From positions 1-64,000 of the forward strand of contig JADIIX010000035.1 of NCBI GenBank assembly GCA_027604505.1: a stretch of 64,000 nucleotides of DNA, in the 5' to 3' direction. The notes beneath the pieces are model-generated. The model had not been told where the DNA came from. It ran no database searches and was given only the letters and a program-made list of their open reading frames with translations. The stretch is from Gonapodya sp. JEL0774 (lineage: Eukaryota). Each line of letters begins with the position of its first letter. Positions within the stretch are counted from its first letter, which is position 1. Shown here piece after piece: positions 12,362-25,068 of this stretch. A program made the translations under genes and the position numbers.

Positions 12362-14485
12362 ATGACCATATTGAGCAAGTTGCGATCCATTGCCATGAAG
12401 TCCAAACCGAGGGCCTGTCCTCGCCCCAGAATGCAAACTACAACAAGGGCCAGCAGAACCTCCAAGATCAAGCGAGTCCTGGTCAACATTTGTGCTGCCC
12501 TCATACCATGCTTCCCCAAGCGCTCAAGGGAAGCTACAGAGCTTTCCAGACCAGACCAAGCTGTCGGATCGGTCGGGCTTGAGCCTCTGCATTCCAACGA
12601 AACCTCATTGCCATTGATCTGCTGCTCTTCTACCAATGCCCTAATCCACAGTGAAGTGACGATTGAAGAAGTTGACATCGAGCTTCCTCTCGGAGCGGAA
12701 CTGTCACAAGCTCAGGCTCCCCAGATTCCCAGCTCAATCGACCACACCATTCTCATCCGAGAGATCTCGGGAAACTATGGTAAGAATGTGTTACACTTCA
12801 TCATGATCGAATATTGGATCGTGCTAATCGAGCATAATGCCTCCCTTACGTCATCCAAACAGTATTCGGATGTGCCGTTCCACCATCTCCGTCGCTCCCC
12901 GTAGAGTACTCAGCCACACCCTCGGATCATCTTGTGATCTCTGACAAGACTGGGTGTCTCATCGAACTTCAGGGTACAACTTTCGGGGAGAGCAAGTCAT
13001 CCTCGGAGATGTCATTCGTCGAACGCCTGCAAGTGTCTCAGAATGAAGAGGTTTCCGAAGTGATACCTCCGGAGTACGTTTTGGGATCTCCGGTTGAAGG
13101 TGAGGTTACAGATCTAGCACCTCGGAGAGCTGTCATTTCTCATCGAAACCGATTTCCATCGCAAGACGCGGCTCACACACCGACCAGTTCATCCACGTCG
13201 ATAAAAGAAAGCGATGAAAGTGACGATGAGCTGATGGCTCGACCAGCTCCTGTTGACTGGAGCATAGCGCAGTTATCTGATTTCGACCTTCTCGAGGAAC
13301 TAGGGAGCGGAATGTTCGGTAGGTCAAACTTGCGAGTCCCGTTCACGTCAAACCTCAACCGACCTCCTGACCTTCACACATCACTAGGCACGGTGTTCAA
13401 AGCGCGATACATCCCTACCGACCAAATCGTCGCCCTCAAACGAATGGTCCCGAACTCGGACGTGCCCTACGACAAGCTCATTGAGACCGCTGACTACGAC
13501 CTAAGGGCGTCGTTTGATTGTCAGAGGGCAGGTGGCCGTGGTGTTGTGAAGTTGTTCTGTTGGTTTGGTGAGAGCGGCTGCGTGTGAGTATTCCGGATCG
13601 TGTTTGGGAATCTGCACAGTGATGCTCTAACTCTGGGTTCAACGTGTCAGATACATCGTAATGGAATGCGCAATCAGTGACCTCGACCACGTGATACGAG
13701 CTCGGAGCTGCAACGAAAACTGTCCCTTGAGGAAAGGGCTCCCCATGAATGAAGCGAAGAAATACTTCGCAGGGCTCTTGGAGGGTATCCATACGATGCA
13801 CTCAGCGAGTATCGCCCATCGGGATCTGAAGCCCGAGAATCTTCTCGTTTTCTCCGATGGTAGCGTGCGAATCGGCGACTTTGGTAAGCCTTGTGTCCTT
13901 GTTGCTTGATTGTACGAGAGGCTCATTTCCACTCTTTATGCTTTTTTCGTCACTTCCATCTAAGGCTGTGCAACTTGGGTGCGGTACCGTCGGGACGACG
14001 GATCAATGATCCTCGAAGACAGCCGGTGCGGCACGTACGAATACCGGGCACCTGAGCAGCATCGGGTATGTTGTTGTTTTTTGTTTAGAACTCTGATCCA
14101 ACTATGGTGGTACAGTGTCATTCTATTTGGTCCATCGAAACTTGTGCTTTCACCCACAGGTCAAACGCAGCCGCCCCTACAACCTATTCGCGAACGACAT
14201 GTTTGCCGCCGGCGTGATCTTGTGGAACATTGCATACGGCCGCAACCCAAGTCATGATCGCTCGGTGAAACCCTGGTCCGGTCGAATCCGAGCGACGCAG
14301 TTGGACAAAGTGGAGGACCCAGACTTGCGAGATCTGGTGGGACGGCTGATGTGTCCGGTGGAGGAGAGATTGACGGTAAGTTCTTATGGAGAAGAGGGGA
14401 TTACCGCGAAGAACCTATTCAAATTCACCGTGGCATTTTGCAGCTGCAAGAGGCACAAGAACACAGGTGGCTTCGAGAGGACTAG
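12362..14485 (+). CDS. Ser/Thr protein kinase (CAMK/AGC-like, divergent) with a long low-complexity N-terminus
   Basis: LGSGMFG, VALK, HRDLKPENLL, IGDFG, CGTYEYRAPE, DMFAAG and LQEAQEHRWL across GT-AG introns. Start codon and N-terminal exons are less certain. Confidence 0.88.
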
Positions 14486-15304
14486 GAGACGGTGCATGTA
14501 TGTGTTGGGCGTCAAGATCGGATCGGGGAAAAGGGTAACTAATTGGGTTCCTTCATCTTAAGTAATGACGCGCGTCTGTCAGGTTGTCGTGAAGGAAAAT
14601 GGGTTGAGGACGGAAACAATAAAACTGTTTCGTATGTAACAGTACTTCACGAATGTACACTTCTCTTGAGCTTTGAAATGCGTCTTGACTAATCTCCATG
14701 CTTGAAGTCATTTTGAGAGACAAAGATGTAATCTGAGAAAGTCCATCATTTCCAAGTTAGCATGCGGCGGACCATCATGATTACATGTTAGCGAGAAAGA
14801 AAGTTGAGCTCATGCTCTTCTCAACGTGAGCAATGGTCTAACTTTTGTGTTCTGGCCAATGGGACAGACATGGGTCAATGGTTTGCGCGTAACACAGAGC
14901 CTGGGAATTGTCCTTACTGGAAGGTGCACACAATGATCTCTTAGCGCGACTGACTGGATTTTCTAAAATGTTTATTCTCCTTCAGTTTTATGTTTCACAT
15001 TTTGTGGCGTTGGCGGATGGCAGTGGCTGACAGGAAGAATATTCTTGAAGGAGCACGGGGAAATCAAAGGACGAAACTGTGGAGTACAAGAATAAATCGC
15101 GCTCCTTTTCTGAACCTGCCGCCGTTTTTAGGTCTTCACAACAATGAGCGGCAAGGCGTCCTGTCCATACGGAAGGTGTGGCTGAGTCATGAGCATGTGT
15201 TCCACCCTGGTCAAGATTCTTCGGTTCTTCTTTTCCGCCAACCAACGGGGAACACGAGCGGGCAGACACCCTGAGCGAAGGCAATCGCCACCTTGGACAC
15301 CACT

Positions 15305-18300
15305 ATGTCGGAGGAGACGACGAAGAAGAGCTGGGCGGCAGACCGTAACAAGGCTGCGCCTTTACCGGGGAAAGACCAATTTGGGAACCTTAAGGTGAGC
15401 ACGTTGTTACTGGAAATAAGATGAGAATGTGAAGGGCAGCTGTGTTAGAAGCAGGATGGATCGCGCGTGATTGTGGATTCCTAACCATGAATGGGTAAGG
15501 ATGTGGATACCCCCAGATGGGAGGTGGATCTCATTCGACAACCGTCGCCGTCGCGTCATATAACGGTTTTTATTGGAAATCGACAACATTCAGTGGACGC
15601 ATTACTGCCCATTTTCAACGTCTTCCTTTGATACCTCGATCCCCGTGTCATTGTACCTTTCCACCCTGCTGCTTCACAACAGTCCCGATGGCAATCGACA
15701 ACTGATACCCACCTCGCGAAGCAACGTGTCCTGAAGGGTGAACGACCTGCTGGAATATCTGGGGCCGCGGAACCGGCTCCTGACTGGTTGGTTCCCTCCA
15801 CTCCTGGAGCCCCAGCCACGGGATCGAAAATTCCAGTCGCGGCAGGGGCGCGAAAAGAGGCTGCCGAGGCTGCAGCGTCTGTTTCGGGACCAGGCGCCAC
15901 GTCCCCTCCACCTCCACCGGAGAAACATGTGCCGACAGGAGCCAAAGTGGCGCCATCCGCCCTCAAGGTGAGTATCCCCGCCCATCATCAGCGCGGTTAA
16001 GTATTATCTACGTATAGATTGTATGGACAACTGCTTTCTGGGATGCACCAGACTCGAACCGGTCGTGACGACGGTCTCCGGTCGAGGAGGTTCGTGACGC
16101 ACAACATTGGAACTCCTTTTGACACCTTTCAATATTTCCGTCGTTATCCGTATGTGCAGCAATTTATGAAGCTCTAATATCTGCTCCCTTGCTCCCAAAA
16201 TTGTTCTCTAGGCCCAATTTGAGACCAAACTCTCCTCCCACGCCAACAAACAGAAAGTTCTCTCTGGGGCAATGAGCGCTAAAGCGCAGGCGGCAGAAAA
16301 GGCCAAACGGGAAGCGGAAGAAGCCGCTGCTCGTGCTGCTAAGGAGGCGCAGGAGGCCATCGAACGCCAAAAGCGGGAGGCCGAGGAAGCGGCGGAGAGA
16401 GAACGAAAGGAGGAAGAGGAGAGGCGGAGGCGTGCAGAGAGGGCAGAACGCGAAGCACGGGAGGAAGCAGAGCGCATCGCGCATGCGGAAGCGGAGCGGA
16501 TCGCCAATGCTGAAGCGGAGCGAGTTGCGAGAGCCGAAGCCATGAGAGCGTCAAAGGCAGAAGCGGAGGCTCAAGCTAGAGAGCGTGAGCGAGCTCGAGA
16601 GAAGGAAAGGGAGGCTAGTGCTCGATCACGCTCGTCATCTCGCCCGCCGGACGGGGGGGACAATGGACGAGAGGGAAGCCGCGACCCGCGGGACCGCAGC
16701 CGTGATCCTCGAGAAAGGAGCCGAGATGGACGAGCGGAGGGCCGTGACGGACGGGATACCCGCGACCGCTCACGTTCTCGTGCTCCGGATGCCGCCCACG
16801 CCCCCCGATCTTCCTCACGTGCACCCGATGCCGCAACCCGTTCCGCTCGCTCGCAGTCCCGAGCCCCTGACCCTTCTTCCCGCTCCCGCTCCTCATCACG
16901 TGCTCCCAATGTCAAGTCTCCCGGGCCCAGCGAGTACGATCGAGATTGGACCTCAAATTCAGACGATGGACACAGCGAGCCGGCCTCGCCGCGATCGGAG
17001 GGTGAGTTTGGCGGGAGGAAGGTGGTGCATCATGTTTCTGGTCGCCATTCAGTAGCTACGTCGGCGTCGGAGGGAGAGTACAACTACGATACTGAATCGG
17101 AACGGGGTGGAAGCAGGAGGAGGAGACGAAGGACGGGAGCGTCAGAGAGCGAGGGAGATGAGCAAGAAGAAACGACACCGACTGCAGAACACCCACCCAT
17201 GGGATGGGACGATATGTTTGGTGGGATGGGAGGAGTGCCAGTTGTGGACGCTAAAGTTGGTTCAAGCACAGGTACTTACAACATTGGAGGGCGGAGAGGC
17301 GCGCCCACACCACCTGCCAAAGATCCGTGGCCTTCTGCCTCTGGGCGCCCCCCAATTGTATCCGGTCCCTCGATCACGACTTCCACTGGTGGCACAGTAC
17401 CTTCTATCTTCTCTTCCTCCCTCTACACTCCACCTGCGCGTGGATCGTCAGAAGCAGCGTCGCAAAATCCTCACGTCGCCGCTGTGACCGCAGCTGCTAG
17501 TCTTGACGCTCCAGCATCATCTTTGCCCGCCCTCCTCAAGAAGATTTCAACCGAACAGCTCTCACAGTACCTGGGAAGTGGACCTTTATACTCATCCTAT
17601 GAAAGAACTGGGACGACACTCAGATCCCAGGCGAGCAAGGAACGACTCCTTGCACCCTCTGAGACAGGGGGCTCCGCAGGCGCCAATGGTATGGTTAGGA
17701 AACGTTCGTACAACGCACTTACCGTGCACGCCGCCAAACAAGGAGAGCTTCCACAGTCACCAGTGAGCTTTTTGGGAATCCGTCCCACTCCTCGTGAAGG
17801 CGATCTTTATTCCAACCCATATGGATATCCGGACCGTTTTGGCGCGTCGGGCAGCCCTGAGGTTGGTCGCATCTGGGTCAGCCGAGCGACTCGAAGTGAC
17901 GGATTGGCTGATCTTGCCAAGAGTAAAGGCGCAGTGACGCCCAAACTCGTCAGCGTTAAAGTGGATGTGAACGCATGGTACCCTCCTTCATCGAGACAGT
18001 CGTCTGTGGAGGCTGTGGAATCTGCAAGGGCGCTGGCGGTCAGGACATCTTCAATCACCAGTGCCAACCGACGATCGAGGAGGTTGAAGAGCAAGCCGAG
18101 TAGATCCGAATACCCGGCGGTGCGGAAAATGAGAGGCGACGTTGACTTCGCACCTGAGCGGGTTGACGAGGTGGACGACGACTGGGACGCATGGGCAGAT
18201 GAGGTGCTCGGGGAGGTTGTCGCTGCGGCTGCGAAGGCAGCTGAAGTAGCACCACCTCCCCCACAACAGCAAAGGGGTCGTGGCGACACAAGAGAGGTAA

Positions 18301-18527
18301 GAATGGAAGAGTCTCCGAGAGATTCATCACACAGCGAGAGAGGATGGAAGAGATGGAGGTTCTTTTCGCGGGTGGGGCGGGCGTTGGGCTTGAACCGAAA
18401 GAGAAGCAAGACTCCGGAGAGGAACAACACAAGGAATGTTCCATCTGCTGCATCTGCTGCAAGCACCGGGAACAGAAAGACGAAGGCGAAGCGAACAATT
18501 TTATTTGGACGTCAGGCAACCATGTGA
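15305..18527 (+). CDS. About 896-aa protein: two ABRA/STARS-like N-terminal motifs, an E/R/A-rich single alpha-helix, RS/RD repeats and a disordered C-terminus (exons 15305-15394, 15683-15967, 16212-18527)
   Basis: Two phase-0 introns join in frame to the 751-aa ORF. Repeats FGNLKSRWQSTTDTHLAKQRVLKG and PSALKAQFETKLSSHANKQKVLSG. Confidence 0.75.
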
Positions 18528-20048
18528 TCGCATGAAATCATACCTTGGATACAGAGCAACCCTTAACACCGCTTAACGTTATTATGGATATTGTTCTCGG
18601 CTCTAGGACGTGCAGTTTTATTATAGCTCCTTAGACGTGTTATGTTTGTTTGTGTCAAAGTTGCGGGTAAATGGATTTAGTATCAAATTGATCGCAAAGT
18701 CGAACCACAAAACTGTTTTTGGAGGCATCTGTACAAGGAAGAAGCACTATCCCCACACTCAGTACCTTTCCAATACTGTCTTGGATGAGATCCTAATTAG
18801 CTTCCGCTTGGTGAACTTTGTTTACATTGGACTTTGACTGACGCTTTGTGGGACGCGTTCAGCAACGTCTAAATATAGCATCGGCGAATTTTATGCAACT
18901 TCTTGGAGGATTCCTCTTTGGAAGGTTCACGTCATCAATGCTGGTGTCAAGCTCAAGGCCTTGCGATCAAAAGGACGAGTCGCGAACACACCATCAAAGG
19001 GAATACGCGCATCCTTCCAATCAGCACGTTCCTTCAACTCCAATTGCATCCGTTCCCGGAATTCAAGTGTGATTTGCGATGAAGGCACGGTTTCGCACAG
19101 TTTCTTGTCCCCGCACGAACGTTGGGCCTCCTGACAACCGTCATCGCTCCAGAGAACATTTTCGCACATGATCAGAGAGGAGAATATTTTGCAAGGGGGA
19201 TTTGAAGTGAAATGATGTACGAAGCTCGGCCTTGGGGAAATTCTCGATGACGTATGTGTTTGTGTTCTTTTTGTTATCAGAGAATTTCCACCGATGGAGC
19301 ATCAAGAACAGAACTCCACGTCAAAATTATCTATTTAGTTTTAAAAGCCCCTTTTCTCATGCTAGATAGTCAAGATCTATTCGTTTTTGCTCTGCTCTTT
19401 GTTATTCACTGACATTTGCCAGTCGGCACGATAACAATCGAACGAAGTCTTCGTGACACAAACTCTCCTGGTGATCAGAGAAGGAACAACCTCGTGGAGA
19501 CGATGGTATCGCAGACTCCGGTCAGGTTGTGTCGGTGCCCCGAATCACTGGCGGGGTGAGCCTACACTATTCTCCCTCCCAAGTACCTAACCCCGCTTCA
19601 CCCCTGTTGACGAAAATCACGTCGACAGACGTGTACAGTAGGGAGGTGACGATAGAGTGCTGTATCGCGTTGCAGTATTATGCGAAAGCGATTGAGTTGC
19701 AGGTGCAACCGCTTCACTTTCCGCGTTCCCGGCTTTACTGATTCAACAATCTCAAATTTGAATCCAACACGCGCAGTTCGTAGCAAGACGCGATCCTCGA
19801 ATAGTCAAGACCACCAATTCACTTTTCACTTGTATTCCAATCGTCCTTCACACGGTGTTCTTGGCCCAGATTTAGGCGTTGATTGCGCTATCCAAGTGTT
19901 GTGTCCTCCTTGCACCATGTGGCCGAAACCTTTGAGATGCGTGGCCGCAAATTGTTGAACTTAGAGAGCTCTCGACGATACTCCGGCCAAGCTTATGGAG
20001 TTCGAGCTCGTCGTGTTCATCTTTCCGCATGCTACCTTCCCTCGACGC

Positions 20049-21967
20049 CTAATCGTCGTCGTCGATCACCATCGGCTCTTCTATGGTGAATGATACAACA
20101 TGCGTCTGCGCCTGCACTCGTACTTGTGCACTTCCTCTTTCGGGAGGGTTGGCTGGTCCGTGTTCTGTCCCGTTCGGAGTGCCAGATGATGTCGATACCC
20201 GGTTGCGTGTACTTTGAACTGCCTCGCCTGCAGAGCTCATTAATGGTACGCGGACGGGGGCGGGCATGGGAGCGATGGTCGGCAGTGGAATATCATAGAC
20301 AGAGGAAACTGGGATCAAAGAAGGGGTTGTAAGCCACGATGAGATAAGAAATACATCACACGAACAGTGCAAAACCAATAGGACAGAATCCCACACATTG
20401 GGTTGCACGCAGTCATGGATGTGATCAAACTGCAGTCCCACACAGTCCGCAAAGGAAATGCAGACCTCTGTGACGCCGAACAGCGCCGTGATTTGGATTC
20501 CAGCTTCAACCCGCAAATAATGTCACGCAAGACGAGATATCTTTGCAATCTCCATCGAGTCTCTCAATCCCAGGCAACGGACTGGGTCAGCCTCCCATCA
20601 ACTCACGTCGTGCCACCTCCTTCTTCACTTCCATCAATCCATCCACTACTTTCCTCAGCTTGGTCTGCACTTCCACCATCTCTCTTACTCTGTACCCAGC
20701 CTCCTTCCTGTCAGCCTCATCAGCCAGGTTCCAATACTCCCCTCCTGGCTCCCACCCAGCACACGAAGCGACGTGCCGGTCGTAGTAGTGGACGCAGGCA
20801 GAGAGACACCGGAGGAAAGCGTCAACGTGGTTCAGGAAAGACTCGTCCGAGGGCAGCGGGGGCCCGATGGAGAGTGGTGGCGGTGGGTAAGTTGGGCTAG
20901 GGGCCGGAGCTGAGATGATGTGGGGTAGGAGGGTTTTAGGGGCATGCAACGGAGCATAAATCAATATGAGAGGATGGTACAGTACAATTGCGCTTCCTGC
21001 GAGAGTTGCACCGCTCAAAGACGCTGCTCGAAGTTCCTGTTGGATTCCTACTATTGAACACCTCTTGCACAGCCCTCGTTCGACGAACGTTTGACGATTG
21101 AAGGATAGAACTCACACCCCGCCTCAGTCTTGACACCTCATTTTATCACACGGGACCAAGTTCTCAATCGTTTCTTTGATAACTCACCGATAGTCCGCAC
21201 ACCTTCCACCACCTCATCAAACATGCTGATCAGCTTAGTCAAATCTCTCTGCGGTTCGAGTTGCTGGGAGTATTTGTTCAGCTTTTGCGTGGCATCGGTA
21301 CGGCGTTGGTTGAGGTGAGCGATTTCAAGGGAAGAGCTGTGGATCGTGAGGAACCGGGCGTTGGAGGAAGCGAACTCGAAGTCTTGTCGCAAAACACTCG
21401 CCCAACCGGCTACGTGCTACGCGCTCCCGATTTTTGCTCCTTGATATGTTTTTCTCCCGTTCGTAGTTTCACCGAACCATGTCGGTCCGACGACACCAAG
21501 TCGCGTCTGATCCATCAACCCTCTAAACTCACTTCCAAAAGTCCACGAACATACCATACATGTTCGTTCTCTGAAACGCTCCGACATCGCGGATGGCAAG
21601 CTTGCGTCCACGTTTGATGTTGCACATTGGAGGTGACAATCTCGCTCGTCAACGCGAAAGACGTTCGGCACACTCCTCAACTCACCCCATGGCCACTGTC
21701 CACTACGTTCCAGCACTGCTCCCATACCCTTGATCCCAGAAACTCTGTCCGTTCCCAAGCGGCGGTAAGGGATTGGCTGCTCTCCTGAAGCGCGTTCGTA
21801 GCTTCCAAGACCTGCCTTCTCGCGGCTTCTTGAATCCTGCTGAGGTCGGCTGTTACAAGGATTTTATAGACGATCTTCAAAGGGCCGATGACAGCGGGGA
21901 TGAAGAAAGTGGTGTCTTGATCGACACTTGCTGAAGGATTCACTGACGCCGAAAGTCCAATAAACAT
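20049..21967 (-). CDS. Hypothetical multi-exon protein, helical/coiled-coil; boundaries uncertain
   Basis: Series of protein-like minus-strand segments bounded by GTGAGT/AG (..QEAARRQVLEATNAL.., ..RRTDATQKLNKYSQQLE.., ..EVQTKLRKVVDGLMEVKKE..). No family recognised. Confidence 0.5.
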
Positions 21968-22263
21968 TCAGTAAATTGAAATTATTTTCCCTGTAAATAG
22001 ATGAAAACTTGCTTGCAGTGTCCATTCGTCAGAGTCTGTCAGAGAGTCCTGTTCGTGTTTTTCGGGAGCGTGCGGATGGTGGATGGCCGGGCCCGTGGCC
22101 TTCTTGGCTCAGAAGTGCCAAGCTTGTTCAGTGCACGATCCCGCGACCGGATGGGTTTCTGAGGGCTGGTCAGGCGACCAAAACACATCCTTTCAATCTG
22201 CGATGCAAGCTCGAGGCAGCAGCCATTTCCAGATACACTCGCGCCTTCTCTCGGTTTCTTCTG

Positions 22264-23322
22264 ATGGTACATTGCAAACCTGCCGTCTGTCGCATTCCCT
22301 CTGTCTACCCACTCTCCACTCTCTCCTTCAAGAACGCCTCAAATCCCCCTTCCCTTAACATCCTAGCCTTCCCCAACGAATTGCTTTCCCACCTCTTCTC
22401 TTTCTTCGATCCCTTCACCCAGCACCGCCTCGGCCTTCCCACACGCGCACTCAACCGACGCCTCGCCAACATCCTGCGCGATCCGCGCCGCCTGGCTACC
22501 CGTATGCTGCGCCACTTCAGAGTGCCTGAATACGCCTTGCGCGCCGAGTGCGGTCGCATTCCGCCCGACATGCCTACTGTCACGCTGGTGATGCGCAAAT
22601 GCAGGCGGCAGCCTCAAACAGAGTGCTTGGATGCGGCCATAGTGGGGGGCTGCGTGGACCTTGTGCGCATGCTGATGAAGAGAATTGATGGGTGCTCCTG
22701 GAACACGGCGGCCGTTGCTGTGAAGCATGGCCTCGATACAACGTTGACTGTTCCTTTGCTGGAGAGAACATATGTCCAACGTATGATGGGTATTAATATG
22801 GCGATAGTACAAGGAGATTACAACGAGGATTGTCAGCTAAGGGAGGAGTTGAGCCGCTACGTTGACAGCATGATGGTCGATGCGTGTAGACAGGGCCGGG
22901 TCGACCTGGTCCAGGCTCTCACAAAGGTTTTCGGTAAACACATCAGCTCTGGAGCTTTGGATGTCGCCGCTGAGAATGGTCACCTCGACACCCTCCGGTT
23001 CCTGATAGACAATGGCGGGGACAAGTTGCAGAACTATTCGGGCCAGGGTTTCCTGAAAGCGGCCGAAAATGGACACTTAGCGTGTGTGCAGTACCTTTTG
23101 GACGCACACCCACAATGGATGAGCGCAGAGATTAGAAGCAGCGCCTTGAAATCTGCAGCCCACAACGGCCAACTGGACGTTGTGCGGGTATTCCGGGCCC
23201 ACCATTCTCACAACATGGACATCGATGCTGCCCTCGTAGCTACCTGCCAGGACACAGTCCCGGACAAAACCGACCTTCTGGAAGATGAAAAAGATATTGT
23301 GATCGCCGACTTAGCGTTTTGA
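22264..23322 (+). CDS. F-box-like plus ankyrin-repeat protein
   Basis: ILAFPNELLSHLFSFF (F-box-like). ANK repeats ALDVAAENGHLDTLRFLID, KAAENGHLACVQYLLD and SAAHNGQLDVVRVF. Start uncertain. Confidence 0.85.
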   Translation: MVHCKPAVCRIPSVYPLSTLSFKNASNPPSLNILAFPNELLSHLFSFFDPFTQHRLGLPTRALNRRLANILRDPRRLATRMLRHFRVPEYALRAECGRIPPDMPTVTLVMRKCRRQPQTECLDAAIVGGCVDLVRMLMKRIDGCSWNTAAVAVKHGLDTTLTVPLLERTYVQRMMGINMAIVQGDYNEDCQLREELSRYVDSMMVDACRQGRVDLVQALTKVFGKHISSGALDVAAENGHLDTLRFLIDNGGDKLQNYSGQGFLKAAENGHLACVQYLLDAHPQWMSAEIRSSALKSAAHNGQLDVVRVFRAHHSHNMDIDAALVATCQDTVPDKTDLLEDEKDIVIADLAF

Positions 23323-24473
23323 GATGAACTCGCGGGTCATTGCGATAGTGGTGAAGATGACACTGCCGACTGCATTGTGTGCAGTGCATGCACAATTGTC
23401 ACAGCCATCGAGAAAGAATCTTGCCTGGGTGTACTGGTCAAACCAGATTTAATGCTGGAAAATTGTGTTGGCATAGGTATCCTTGAGTTCATTTGGTTAT
23501 GTGGTGGATTGTCAATGTCAATATGAATGTTCCATTCATGCGTTCAGACAAATGGCAATCCAGACTAGTCGAGCCTTGAGTTACTCAATTGAGAGCCCAA
23601 ACCTCCTTGCGTCCCTGGAGGAATTTTCTACAACAATGTCCATCAGTCTAACGGCACAACAGGAGAAGGACCTGGCAGGTTCACGAACCAAAGGTGCTGT
23701 GCAAATCCAAACGTGCAACAAAGGTGAGTATTGGGGATTCTCATGGACGAGGTAAGTACACTCATTCCCATGGACATACAAAGGCTTGATTTGGTTGTCT
23801 GCACACAATTTTAGCTAATAAAGCATGGCGGCTCAAGACAGCAAGCTCCTGAACCACGCATTACATTACATCCAGATTCCACTGTTGATCAGGGTTCAGG
23901 GCTCAGAGTATACTCAATAAATGAATGTGATGAGTACAGGAGAGTGAGGAGGTGCACAGAGGGGATGGAGGGTTGGATTGGAGATCCGGGAGTCAAATAT
24001 AATTTCAAACCCGAATAGGCATATCAGTTTGGAATAGAGTTGGTCTGAGCACTGTCAGAAGGGCGGGCAGAGAGATTCCAAAGGAAAGTACGTCAGGCGA
24101 GTGAAGGAGATAGCTGTCAGGCAAAAGATTTTTGGCGGGGTTGAGTTTCTGGTCTCGACGTTGAGATCATTCCCACCTGTCACATGCGGGTGCACACGAA
24201 AAACAGTAACACAAATTTAAGTCAAAAAATACAAAAAGTTGAGTGTCAAAAAAGGTTGTGCCCCGTGTTCTTCTACCACACGTTATGTGTTCTCCCAGCG
24301 ATCACCAAGTTATCAAGTCTTCTTCTCCTCTTAACATAGTTCCACCTACGTCCCCTTTCCTTTCCCATCGCTCCGTCCGCTTGTTCTCGATCCCCTCGCT
24401 ATCTTCCGCCTCGGAGCCACCCAACAGATTTTGTCATGATATGTGTTCCGCCCCATCCCAAGACGCTTAAAAA

Positions 24474-24547
24474 GGTTCTTTAGCTCAGTTGGTCAGAGCG
24501 CGAGCTTAACACGCTCGAGGTCGTCGGTTCGATCCCGACAAGAATCA
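24474..24547 (+). tRNA. tRNA-Val(AAC): tRNA-Val (anticodon AAC), intronless
   Basis: Acceptor GGTTCTT/AAGAATC, D-arm TAGCTCAGTTGGTCAGAGC, anticodon arm CGAGC-TTAACAC-GCTCG, T-arm GTCGG-TTCGATC-CCGAC, discriminator A, then a T6 Pol III terminator. Confidence 0.97.
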
Positions 24548-25068
24548 TTTTTGTTGGCTTGTTGTCCGATTTCAAAGACCAGTTTCTTGATTTGCACTAA
24601 AGTTTGTGAGCGCAAATATGCTGGTATTGGCATTTTACAGGAAGCTCCGCTGCTAGAACGGACTTCCGGAGCTAGCGATTCCTCGTTTGGTATAGGTTGT
24701 GATGACTTGGTGCGGATGGCGGTTTTTGGTTGTTGCCCTTGTTGCATGTTTTCGCTGCACGTTATGAACGACACGTTGCTGGATCCCTAGCCAACATATT
24801 TCGAACCATCTCATGAATGCAAATCGAGCATCGTTCCTGCGCTCATGCGCCCAGTCCCTCTGGGGTGCCGTTCTTCTGTTGTTGAGTGAGATTCACAACT
24901 TTCATGTCATGCTCAATTTTCTTCCCCAAAAATTATTTTTGTCGCCGTTTCACTTACCCATTGTTTACATAAAATCGGGAGTGGCGACGATGAACCCGGT
25001 TGCACTCAACCCCTCCACTCCAACTCATTCACTGTCTTGCGAGCCGATTTCCCATACATACTCAACTT

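Noticed and set aside
16039..16116. Minus-strand tRNA-like T-arm (ACCGG-TTCGAGT-CTGGT-GCATCCCA) in an intron
   Set aside because: No D-arm/A-box, no anticodon arm and a poorly paired acceptor stem.
16333..18519. Many overlapping and antisense ORFs over the 751-aa ORF (likewise over NAR1 and H2A)
   Set aside because: Shadow ORFs of GC-rich or low-complexity coding sequence with no motifs of their own.
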